Positions 38,601 to 49,658 of a stretch of DNA of 50,410 nucleotides are shown one piece after another. The position numbers and the translations under genes were made by a program. The first letter of the stretch is position 1; every line of letters starts with the position of its first letter. The notes under the pieces are model-generated. The model saw only the letters and a program-made list of their open reading frames with translations. It searched no databases and was not told where the DNA came from. Origin of the DNA: Parvularia atlantis. Taxonomy: Eukaryota. Where the stretch lies: assembly GCA_943704415.1 (NCBI GenBank), contig CALSCO010001240.1, positions 1 through 50,410 on the forward strand. Reading direction: 5' to 3'.

Positions 38601-40275
38601 GTCATCAATTTGCTCATCATCTTCACCTTCCCGCTCACGAGCGACGGCTGGGGCGCGATCGCGACCGTGGTCCAGTGGACGCTGGCCCTGGGTGGTGCGC
38701 CTGACCGCTGCTGTGCACTGTGACCGCCGTGCCGACACCCGTGCGCGTGCGTGCGCAGGCCTGTTCCAGATCGCCATGGCCATCGTCATCTTGTGCAGCT
38801 ACGTCGGTGCGCGTCAGCACACAGGCCTGCCGCTGGATGCGTGAACACTAACCGTGCGCACGCGGCAGCCAACTACGGGCTGCTGTTGCTCAAGCAGGGC
38901 AGCCTGTGGAAGGACCTGATGCTCGACTACCACCTGGGCTACCTGTTTGTGGCCGTGCTGGCGCTGCTGCACCACCCGCTCTGGCACTCACTGCTCTTGC
39001 TCGACATTGGTGCGTCGACTGCTGCTCCCGGGGGGATGCTCGCGGGCTGAGTGCGGCGCGTGTAGTCGTGCGCGACGAGACGCTGCAGAACGTGATCAGG
39101 AGTGTGACGCGCAACGGCCGGGCCATCCTCGTCACGGGCGCGTTTGGCGCGATCATCATCTACCTGTTCTCGGTCGTGGGCTTCCTGTTCCTGCAGAACG
39201 ACTTTGTGCTCGACGTGGAGGACATGCAGGAGCGCGCGTGCGATTCGCTGCTCCTGTGCATGACGACGGCCCTCAACCATGTGCGCATCTGCCTGCGCGC
39301 TCGGAACGCGCTGCTGACGTGCGGCGGCGGGCGCGCAGGGCCTGCGCCAAGGCGGCGGCATCGGCGACATCCTGCTGCAGCGCAGCGTGCGCGACCCGCA
39401 CTTTGGTGCGCCCTGCGCGCTCTGCAGCGTTGAGGTGGTGATGACGCTACGCGCCCGCGCCAGCCACGCGCGTCGTGTACGACCTCACGTTCTTCCTGGT
39501 GGTGATCACGATCGTGCTGCACCTGATCGACGGCATCATCATCGACACGTTCGCCGACCTGCGCGCGGAAAAGTGCGTGGGCCAGCGGTACCCTTCGTGC
39601 GCCCAGTGGCTGACGCGCGCGCACGCGCGCTGCCGCCAGACAAGAGATGGAAGAGAACCGCAAGAACACGTGCTACATCTGCGGCCTGCACCGGTCCGCG
39701 TTCGAGCACAAGGCGGTGCGTCGCTGGGCGCGGAGGCCAGGGGCGCGGGGCGCACTCACGCACGCGCAAGGTGACCTTTGACGAGCATGTGACGAGCGAG
39801 CACAACCTTTGGAACTACCTCTACTTCATGGTGCACCTGTGGCAGAAGGACCCAACCGAGTACACGGGGCCCGAGTCGTTCGTGGCGCACATGGCCAGGG
39901 CGCAGTCGCTTGACTGGTTCCCGCGGCTGCGCGTGCGTCGCCGCCCGCGAGTGGCTGGACGCTGTGCTCACGCGTTCGTGCCTGCGCGCAGACGATGTCG
40001 ATCAGCTCGCAGAACGAGGACTCGGAGCAGGTCGACGCGCAGCGCCTGCGGCAACAGGTGGCCGACACGAACGCGATGGTGCGCAGCACGCATGCACTCC
40101 CCCAGCCGCTTCGGCCGACATACGGCGCGCGTCGCAGGTGGTCGACCTTCGCCGCCAGGTCGTCGCGATGCGCATGGAGGCGATGGAGCAGCGGCGGCAG
40201 GCGCTCATCACGACGATGCGCACGCGCCCGTCGTTCTCGACCATGGACCTCTTCGGGCGCACGGCGACAACGTAG
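35663..40275 (+). CDS. ITPR: Inositol 1,4,5-trisphosphate receptor-like Ca2+ channel, C-terminal part only (RIH-associated, ion transport, zinc finger, coiled coil); start unresolved
   Basis: [131 protein letters not shown]. No MIR/IP3-binding or suppressor domain exons were found upstream. Confidence 0.93.
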
Positions 40276-40343
40276 CAGGGGCGTTGTACGGCCTCTTTGC
40301 ACATAGGCCCTAAGCAACCAAAAGAATCCTGCGCTGCTGCGGG

Positions 40344-43300
40344 TCACTGGGACTCTGGTGGCACAGGGATCTGCTTGGGCGGCTGCGGCGCCTCGGCCGC
40401 CTGCCGGTTCGCGCACTCGGCGTCAGGCGCGCGCACGCCAAACCGTGCCGGCGCGACACGCACCGCCTCCTGCGGCGCAAACATGACCGAGAACGCCGGC
40501 GTAGCACCGGCCGCCGTCGACGCGGCCACGACCGGCTCCATCGGTGCGGGCAGGTCGCCGCTGGTGAGCGTGTCCAGGTTTAGCATGCCGCGGCGGACGG
40601 CGCGGGCCGCGCGCACCGCGAGGAGGTCGTCGGCGCCGTCAAGGTGAGCAGCGGCAGGTTGAACGTCTCCTCCGCGCTGCCGTCGGTCTGCAGCGGCCTG
40701 TCAGCGTCTGCGCGCTCGCGGCAAGCGCTGACGACCTGCTGCTGCCGCGCGTACGCGTACGACATGCGTGCTTGGTACATCTGGTCCTGCTTGGTAACGC
40801 GCGTTGAGCCCACGCCATGGCGGCGTTCTGCGCCCGCACGCCACCGTCAAGGCCGGCGCAATCGGCTGCCTGCTTGGGTATGCGGTGTGGGTTGATGCCG
40901 CCTGCGCGCAAACGATCAGCGCGCTGCAGCTGTGCAGGCGGGCGAGCACACCGTCTGCGGGCCGTAGATGGAGCCGTACGCGGGCGCGGGCGCGACTGCT
41001 CGACGGTGCTGCGTCAGGGTCGATGCCTCCAGTGCGGCCGCGCGCGCGACGCACCGCTCAGACCATAGCTGTAGGGGTAGGCGTACGCAACGTTGCTGAC
41101 ACCCGCCGGCTGGTACGGCTGCGAGCTTATGCTCGACGCCTGCGTGATCGGCGTCCACCCGAACGTGTAGCTGCTCGTGCCTGGAGGAAGGGGCATTACG
41201 TCCGACGGCGCACGCGCGCGGCAGGCAGCACGCACTGGGCGAGGCCGTGTGCTGCACGTAGCGGCCTGATGAGTCGATCGAGTAGGCCACGGTCGAGCTG
41301 GCCGGGTAGACCGTATTCTGCGGCTGGTGGTGTGATGCGTACGCCGACTGCTGCTGCAGCGGGTCCGCCAGCGCGCTGGTCGAGCTCGATGCGGACGCCT
41401 GCACCCGCAACGTCGCCGGCTGCCACTGCCGCACGCTTCCGGCCGCGTGCGGCGACGCTTGCGCGCTGGATGGGCCGGTGGCCGGTTCTTCAAGCGCGCT
41501 GCAGAGCGGGCGTGCCGTCAGGAAGGGGGCGAGCGGCGCGCGTGCAACCGCACCGCTTCAGGGGTCGCGGCTGCTGCCTGTTAGACTGCGTCTTCTCCGG
41601 CGTCGTCGTGTGCATGCGCCGCATATGGACCTGCAGGCCGACCTGCGGTGCGGCACGCCAGCGTGAGCCTTACTGGCCCGCGGCTGCCTGTGCGCACGCG
41701 CGCACCAGCGTGCCAAACGGCAGGCCTGTCTTGCAGCCGGCGACCGGACACTTGTACTCGATGTTGCGGTTTGTGCGACTGGGTTTGTGCTGGGCCGGCG
41801 CGAGCGAGTCGTGGGTGGTGGCGGCTGCGGCATCGACTGCCTCGACGGCTTCGACGCGCTCGTGCCTGCGTCTGCGCAAGCGTGTGTGGATGCGTGCATG
41901 TCAGCCATAGCGGTCACGAGCGTGTGTGTGTGCACGCACACAGACGACTCGGCCGGGTCGGCGGTCTGGAACATGCGCAGCTGGCGCGGGTCGAGCTCGC
42001 ACAGGAAACGCCCCAGGGCGAAGCGCAGGGCCGAGATCGCCGCGTCCGGGCTGACGGGCAGGCGCGCTAGGTCGGCAGCCACGACGTCAGGCAGACCAGC
42101 GGCATCGGCGGCCTGCTCTGCCGTGTGCCCGTTGATGGACGTCGCCGGCTCGTGCACGCGCTCGATGTCCGCCGCACCTGGCCCCTCTGTTGATACCGAC
42201 GGCGCCTCTGTCTTCGCGGGCTGGGTTGTTGCGGCATCCATCGGCACTGACGCATTGGCGCTGGTTGCGTCGGCCTCCATACCGTCCACCTTTGCCGGTA
42301 CGCTGTCCCAGAGCAGCGGCGCCAGCGCCAGTGTCTGCTGGCCGTGGCTGCTGCTGGCCGTGGGGCTCGCGGCGGTGGTGAAGTCGATAGCAGCGGACGA
42401 GGCATCGCCCGTGCGTGCAGCCTGCCCGTTGGCCTGGTTGGCCGCTGAGCTTGCAGCGGGCTCGTGCGCCGCCGACGCGCTGTGCGACGGCGGGCACGTT
42501 GCACGGATGAGCATGAACACGATCCTCACGAGGTCGGGCTTGGCGAGGTGATCGATCGCCCTGAGCAGCGGGCCGACAATGGGCAGGTGGTGCCGGTGCG
42601 CGAGGCCGGTGCATCCAGACCAGGCCAGCACGCGCCTGACGACGTTGGCGATGTCGCACGAGCACTCGGGCTTGTTGGCGTCCGCGCAGCATCGGCAGTC
42701 TGGGTCGTGCGCGCTCGCAGTGTACAGCAGGCCGTGCAGCAGGCGCAAGTTGCGGTCCTCTACCCGCGCACTCTGCTCTACGTAGGCCGCAAAGTTCGCC
42801 ATGTCGCCCAGGTGCCGCGTGACGTACTCGCGCCGCTGCGTCGCCGCAGGCCGTGCCCGAGTGGCGTCCGAGGCCGCGGCACCGCTCGCGGACAACGTCA
42901 CGCCCATGCTCGACCCGTCGCGCCGCATGCTCCATGCGTAGCCGTCGCCAGCCCAGGCCGCATGGTCGACGGGCAGGAGCGGCACATACATCTGCCGCGC
43001 CGAGCTGCCGCTGCTGCCCGCCATGTGGTCGTATGCCGACGCGTACGGCAGCCGCGCGTCGGTGGGCTTGGCGGGGTAGAAGAGGTGCTGCATCAGCGGC
43101 TGCGTCGGCTGCACCGGCTGCGGCTTGTGCGTCGCCGGCGAGCTGCGGACGCGCGGCGCCGCACGGGCCAGTGCCGGTGCGGGCACCGGTGTCGATGTGT
43201 TGCGCTCACGCGGGCGCCTCCCGCTCGAGCGCGTCGCGTGCTGCCGGATAGAGGCGGCGGCGGCGGCCGGCGCTGCCGCGTCCTGCTCGCCAGGCTGCTG

Positions 43301-43452
43301 CTCCTGCTGCAGCTTGTGCTGCGGCGGCTGCGGCGCCACGTCGGACGGCGTCACGTCGATCAGCTCGCCCGCCTCGTCCTCGCTCGTGCTCGCGCTCTCG
43401 ACGTAGGGCACGCGCCGCGCCACGGTCTGTCGCACGGGCCGTCGTGTGGCGT

Positions 43453-43493
<41 letters not shown>

Positions 43494-43666
43494 GGCTGCG
43501 GCGGCTGCGGCGGTGCCGGCGCCCCGGGCTTCGCGGCGGGCGCGTCGTCGCCGCCGTCCAGCGTCGACGACTCCTCAAACACAAACTCGTCCACCGCCGT
43601 GACCTCGACCGCGGCGGCGGCGGCGACGGCAGCGGCTGAAGCTGCGGATCGACGCCGCGGAGACAT
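40344..43666 (-). CDS. Putative nuclear protein with a DEK-like pseudo-SAP region and one C2H2 zinc finger
   Basis: Long first exon from MSPRRRSAAS containing LGDMANF..NLRLLHGLLY..VRRVLAWSGC. The spliced finger reads YKCPVAGCKTGLPFGTL|VGLQVHMRRMH. The S/Y/Q/P-rich tail ends QIPVPPESQ*; 3' exon boundaries are approximate. Confidence 0.65.
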
Positions 43667-43722
43667 CCGAAAGACGTGGCTGCCGTCTGCTCGTTTCGAC
43701 GTTTCTGCCGTCTGCCCGGACG

Positions 43723-46699
43723 ATGCTCGCCGCACCGCTGCCCGCCGCTGCCACCGCCGCCCTCGACGCGCCGCCAGCACCGTCGCCGCCCGTCGGCAAG
43801 CCGGCGGCGTGCGGCGACGGCGACGCCGCGGCCGCGCCGCCGGCTGCTTTGCTGGGCGCCGGGTGCGTGACACAGCGCACGCCGCCGCGCCGACGCGTAG
43901 CTCAGACGACGGCAGCGACACGCCCAGCCGCCGCGTGCCCGAGCTGGCGGCCAACGGCGGCGCGGCGTCGCCGTCGGACGAAGACGAGCTGCTGCTGGAC
44001 GCGGAGCACGCGGGCGTACGCAAGCGCGCGGCGGCCGAGGCGGCCGTGCCGCAGAAGCGCGTCAAGAGTGAGCAGCACGACGAGCCGCGCGCCGCCGCCG
44101 CCGCCGCCGCCGCGCCGGCCGAGCCGCCCGAGCCGCCCGCGCCGCCCGCGCCGCCTGCCGTGTCGGCGTCCCTCGCTGAGAAGATCGCGCAGCTGGCGCA
44201 CGTCCGCAAGCGCGTGCTCGTGCGGCCGGCGAGCGACGGGTGCGCACGCGCTTGGGTGCTGCCTCGCACGCGGCTGACCCTGCGCCCGTAGCATCATGCA
44301 GCGCTTCCACGAGGGCCTAGGCGACGCTGTCCTGATCGAGTACCAGGCCAACGGCGGCAGCGCGCTCGTGCATGTCTTCCCCGAGGTGCTCGTGGGCCTC
44401 ACGCGCGAGCAGCACCGACTGTTTTCGGAGATCTGGTGCGCGCGCGACGTGGTGCTGGGCGTGTGCTGACCGATGCGCGCGTGCGCGTGTGCAGCTACGA
44501 GATCATCTTCAGCGAGGACGAGGACGGCGACGCGCTGTACGTCTTCGGCATTGTGCACGACGGCGCGTGCGACATGCCCAACGTCCTGCGCTACATCGGG
44601 CAGCACTTCCCCAAGACGCCGGTGCGTACAGTGCTGCACGCGTGGCGCTGAGAGTGGGATGGCTGAGCTGCAGGCGGCGCAGGTCGTGCGGCACATCTTT
44701 GGCCAGTCGCGCCTGACCGAGACGGTCGCGATCGACAAGTATGTGACGATGATCGACAAGACGCTGCAGTTCAACACGCACCGCGCGGGCCAAATGGACG
44801 CGATGAGTCTGGTCGGGTGCCAGAAGCAGGAGGAGACTGGCGGGTACTTTGAGGACGTGCTCAAGCTGCTCGAATCGAACCAGTGGCTGAAGGACGTGCG
44901 TGCTCTGCGCGCGGTGTGCACGCTTGCTGCTGAACCCGGGGCTGGCCAGGTGCTGCCCTGGGGCCGCGCCTCGCGCTATGACAGCCTCGACCCGGCCGAG
45001 AGCGACGACGGGCCGATCATGTGGGCATGTCCCGGTGCGAGCGGCGGCGCGGCAGGCCGACCGCGCTGACACTGCGTGCGCCCCGCAGGCGAGCAAGTTG
45101 TGCCGCTGGTCGAGCTCGCGGCGATCGAGAAAGGCAACGCGGGCGAGGGGACGCCGGCCAAGCGCAAGCGGACGGACCTTGACCGGCTCGCGGTGCGGCC
45201 GTCGCGCATGCGCACTGGGGCGCCCTGACGCGCGATGTGCCCCGCGCAGCTGATGCCGCGCAACGAGCGCCCGCGCGAGAAGCTTGTCGAGGACCGCACG
45301 GGCGCGCACGCCGACATGGCCGGACTGTTCCCCGAGCGCCACCCCGTGGCCGCCGTGGGCTTTGTGCAGGGCATGAGCGGGTGCGCGCGCGCTCGGCTTT
45401 GGGTGGCTGAGTAGCTGGGTGGCTGAACGTCTGTGCGCGCAGGACGCGCTTTGACCTGAAGGACATCATCGCGTTCCAGGCCGCGGACATGTACAAGGTC
45501 GCGGACCTGTGCGGGCTGTACTTCCAGGAGGCGCGTGCGCCCGCCGCTGGCGCGATGCAGCCGGGGCTGATAGAACGCGTGTCGCAGGAGCCGAAGGACC
45601 AGCTGATCGACAAGGAGTTCTGGGTCAACGAGGCCAAGCTGAACCACCTGCGGCGGATGGGCGTGCGCTTTGCACACATCCGGCTCAAGTCGGACGACAT
45701 CTACTTCATCCCGCGCAAGGTCTGCTCGTGCGGCCATGTGCGGCCGTGTGCGGCAGGGCGCTGACGCGGTCTGTACGCCAGGTCGTGCACCAGTTCAAGA
45801 CCGTCTCGGCCTGCGTGAGCGTGACCTGGCACCTCAAGTACCGGCCGTACTACCAGCACCTGTTCCGGACAGGCGCGACCGTGCCGCAGCCGGTGCACAT
45901 TCTGCCGTCGAGCGACGTGGTCAAGGCGGCGCCGTCGCCCGCAGTCGAGCCGCGCAGCAGCCGTGCGTGGCGTGCCGAGCGTGCGCGCACGTGCTCTGAG
46001 CACGCGCCCGTCCGCAGTGGGCATGGGCGACGCAGGCAAGCCGGCCGCGAAGCGGGCACGGAAGCAGGCGACGGGCAAGGGTGCGCCGTGGGGGGCGCGG
46101 ACGCATCGGGGCTGCGTACTCACTGCCCCACCGCGTGTTGCCAGCGCCGCGGCGAAAGGGCGATGACGCGCGGCGCTCGCCGAGCAAGAAGCCGGACGGG
46201 CACGCGCGCAGCAAGACGGGCAAAGTGCGCCCGCTTGCCCCGCCTATGCGCCGTGGCTCACCGCGTCCGCGTGCAGGCGCCGCGCAGGGCTGCCGGGACA
46301 AGGAAGGCGCGGCCGCCGAAGACCGCCACGTGCGCGCGTGGCAGCGTGCACGCCTGCGTGCCATCGTGGCTGACGCGGGCGCTGCGCAGGTCGGCGCCGG
46401 CGGCCGGGCCAGTGGGACGACACGTGATCAAGATCTCACCGGCGGCGCTCAAGACGCAGCGCGGCTCGGACGCGTCGAGCAACTCGTCGTCGTCGTCGTC
46501 GTCGTCCGGCTCCGACTCGGGCTCGGAGGACGGCGCGAGCGACTCGGAGGGCTCGCACTCGTCGTCGAGCGGGTCATGCTCGACGTGCGACTCGCACTCG
46601 GAGTCGTCGTGCGCGCTCGCGCCACCGCGCTTTTGCGCGGCTGACCCGTCCGCCACGCCGCACAGCGACGACGAGCAGGATGACGCCAAGCGGCGCTGA
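43723..46699 (+). CDS. RSBN1: RSBN1/RSBN1L (KDM9, DPY-21-like) lysine demethylase homolog
   Basis: IEYQANGGSALVH, HRAGQMDAMSLVG, VLPWG..ESDDGPIMWACPGEQ, EDRTGAHAD..AAVG, WVNEAKLNHLRRMGVRFAHIRLKSDDIYFIPRKVVHQFKTVSACVSVTWH match the RSBN1 family; the HxD...H triad is intact. Confidence 0.9.
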
Positions 46700-46858
46700 G
46701 ACACAAAAAGCTGCCCATCCGCCCTGCCTGCCTGTGCATGTTTTTTTTTTTCTCCCTTCCTTCCCCCCTCGTTGCGCTGACGCCTTAGCACGGTTCCACG
46801 TCACAACACCACACAACAGCGCACGAGGGGCCCGCGCCCGCTGGGAGGGCCGGCTCAC

Positions 46859-48130
46859 TCACTTCTTGATGAACGACTTCCCGCTCGCGGTCTTGTTGCG
46901 CTCGACGGGCAGATCGGGCTTGGCGCGGTTGAGCACCTTGAGCAGCGAGTCGACGCGTGCGCGCATGCGCGAGTGCTGATGCGCCGGCCGTCAGCTTGGT
47001 GGTACGCAGACGGGGCGCCGAGGCCGCGCACCATGTACGCCTTCGAGCACTTGATGTGGTAGTGCAGGTAGTCGCGGAAGGTCTGGACGAGCGAGATGGC
47101 CATCTCGCGGTTCTTCTTGTCAAAGTGGCGCGGGTTGAGCACTGCGGCACATGGGGAGCGGCCGGTCATGCGGCCTGCCGCGCGTGGCGCAGGGCGGTCC
47201 GAGCGCACCAAACGTGACGTAGGTCGTGTTTTTGTCGCTCACGAGGCCCTTGACGTCCTTCAGCTCGACCGGCGGGTCCTTCGGGTAGTACAGGACCTGC
47301 GCGGCGCGCGGCTCGCGTCAGCCGTGGGCGGACGGCGCAGCACGGACGCGTGCCTGCGGCGCGTTCTGCAGACCCGGCTGGCGGCGCGCGTCGGCAAACT
47401 CCTGCAGGAAGACCTTGCCGAAGATCGAGTCGGTGTCGTCCTTGAACGTGGTCGAGAAGATGACCGTGACGCGGTCGGCAAAGCCCTGAGTGCACGCGCG
47501 CGCGGGGTGGCGTCAGCGTGCGCCGTCCTTGCGTGCGCCGCTCATACGCACGCGGATGAAGATGGTCTCGTTGTCGCGGTAGTGGATCTGCATCATTTCC
47601 GTCTCCTTGCCGGCGGTCTGCGCGTCGAACGCGCGCGCGAACGGCGCGGCGAGGGTGTTGCGCTTGAGCAGGGCGATCTTGTTGATGAGCGCGGTCACGT
47701 CCTCTGCGCGGCGCGGCTGGGTCAGCACGGTACGGCAGAACACAAGGCGCGGGCGTGGTGCGGCGCACTCTCGTCCTTGGGCAGGCTGTCGCGGTTGATC
47801 TTGAGCGTGAAGTCGTACGAGTCCTCGACCGGCGCGACCAGGTCCTTATACTCGTTCTTGAGGTACTCGTTCGCGCCAAACTTGGCCAGCTCGCTGAAGC
47901 ACTTCCACGCGATCGACACCACGACCTCGTTCTTCGAGCCGGCCGGCGTCCCCACGTGGAAGAGCACGCCGTCAAAGTCCGCGAACTTCATGTCGACGCT
48001 CGAGGGCTCGCTGCGCGCGGCTCAGCTTTGGGGGGCAGCGAGGGCGGGACGGGCGCGCGCCGGCGCACCTCGAGAAGCGGTCCTTGAGCGCCTCGACGAT
48101 GATCGCGTTCGCGTACTCGAGCAGGATCAT
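46859..48130 (-). CDS. ARPC2: Arp2/3 complex 34 kDa subunit
   Basis: [106 protein letters not shown]. Confidence 0.97.
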
Positions 48131-48286
48131 GGCGGCGGGCGGGCGGGCGGGGCGCGGGCGGGTGGCGGCTGTGTGTCCGAGCGGGCGCGCGGTGCGTGAG
48201 CGTGAGCATGGACCAGAAGGCTGCGCGAGCGAGCGAGCAGAGAAAACATCAGGCAGCGCCGGAGGGGCACGGCGCACGCGCCACCA

Positions 48287-49616
48287 ATGAGCGTGTGCGC
48301 GTGGCTGACGTGCGGCATTTGTCATGCCCGCGAGATGAAGTGCGGCTATTGCCTGCCGTCTGCGCGCGCGCTCGCTCACACATCGGCCCGGGCCAGCGTC
48401 GTGCGCGAGATCGAGCGCATCAACGAGCGCGAGCTCCAGCGCGCCGTCCCCGGCAGCGCCACCTGGCACGACCAGTACAAGGACTCGGCCTACGTCTTTG
48501 TCGGCGGCCTGCCGTACGACCTGACCGAGGGCGATGTCATCTGCATCTTCTCGCAGTGCGCCGCGGCCCATGCGTGGCGTGCGCGCCCGGGGTGACGCCC
48601 GCATGGCACGCAGGTTCGGCGAGATCGTCGACATCAACCTCGTGCGCGACCCAAAGACGGGCAAGTCGAAGGGCTTCGCGTTCGTCGCGTACGAGGACCA
48701 GCGCAGCACGACCCTGAGCGTGGACAACTTTAATGGGACCAAGGCACGCGCCGGGTGCAGACCGGTAGCACGCTCACACACACGGGCGCGCGCGCGCGCA
48801 TCGATGCAGATCATGGGGCGCACCATTCGCGTCGACCACGTCGGCAAGTACAAGCACAAGACCAAGAAGGACGAGGAGGAGGCGCCCGACCCGGAGATTG
48901 AGGCGATGAAGGCCGAAGCACTGTCGCTCGACCCGCGCGGTGCGCCCGCCTCGCCTCGCGCGCGCATGAGCACCGCTGAGCTCGCCGCAGTCATGCAGGA
49001 AAACTACAAAAAGACGTTTGGCATCGAGAACCGCCAGGCCGAGCGCAAGAGCGCCGTGACGTCGGCGCCACTCGAGGACGAGGACCCGCTGCTGGTGCGT
49101 GCAGGGTGTGCCACGCGGCAGCCCTCGCGCTCACGCACCGCGCAGGCCATGAAGCGGGCCCAGAAGCTGCGCAAGGAGCAGAAGAAGCGCGAGAAGAAGG
49201 AGAAGAAAGAGAAGAAGGCCAAGACGGGGAAGACGCCGGGCGATAGGTCGTCCGACTCGGACTCGGACGCCGAGCGGCCACCGGTCAAGAAGGTTGACCT
49301 CGCTGCGGCCGGCGCGGAGGACGAGGGCCTTGCGATCCGGCCGCCGCGACCTGCGCCTCGTGCTGAGCGCGATCGCGAGCCAGTGCGTGAGCCAGAGCGT
49401 GAGCCAGTGCGTGAGCCAGAGCGCGGACGAGAGCGTGAGCCAGTGCGCGATCGGGAGCGCGACCGCGACCGCGACCGCGACCGCGACCGCGACCGCGACC
49501 GCGACCGCGAGTACAAGCGTGATCGCAGCCGCGAGCGTGACCGGAAGCGCAGCCGAAGCCGAAGCCGAAGCCGAAGCCGAAGCCGCAGCCGAAGCCGAAG
49601 CAGAGAACGCAGATGA
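48287..49616 (+). CDS. RBMX2: RES-complex splicing factor RBMX2/Ist3/Snu17 (RRM plus RD/RS tail)
   Basis: [98 protein letters not shown]. Confidence 0.95.
49372..49605 (+). repeat. Coding tandem repeats: REPVREPE units, (GACCGC)n = DR, (AGCCGA)n = SR
   Basis: Visible directly in the last RBMX2 exon. Confidence 0.9.
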
Positions 49617-49658
49617 CAATATAGGCCTAATCCTGCAGATCGGATCGGCGGCGATCGC

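Noticed and set aside
43455..43493. (GTC)n, and other triplet runs such as (CAG)n at 16202 and 23216
   Set aside because: Ordinary coding homopeptide tracts (Thr, Gln, Ser).
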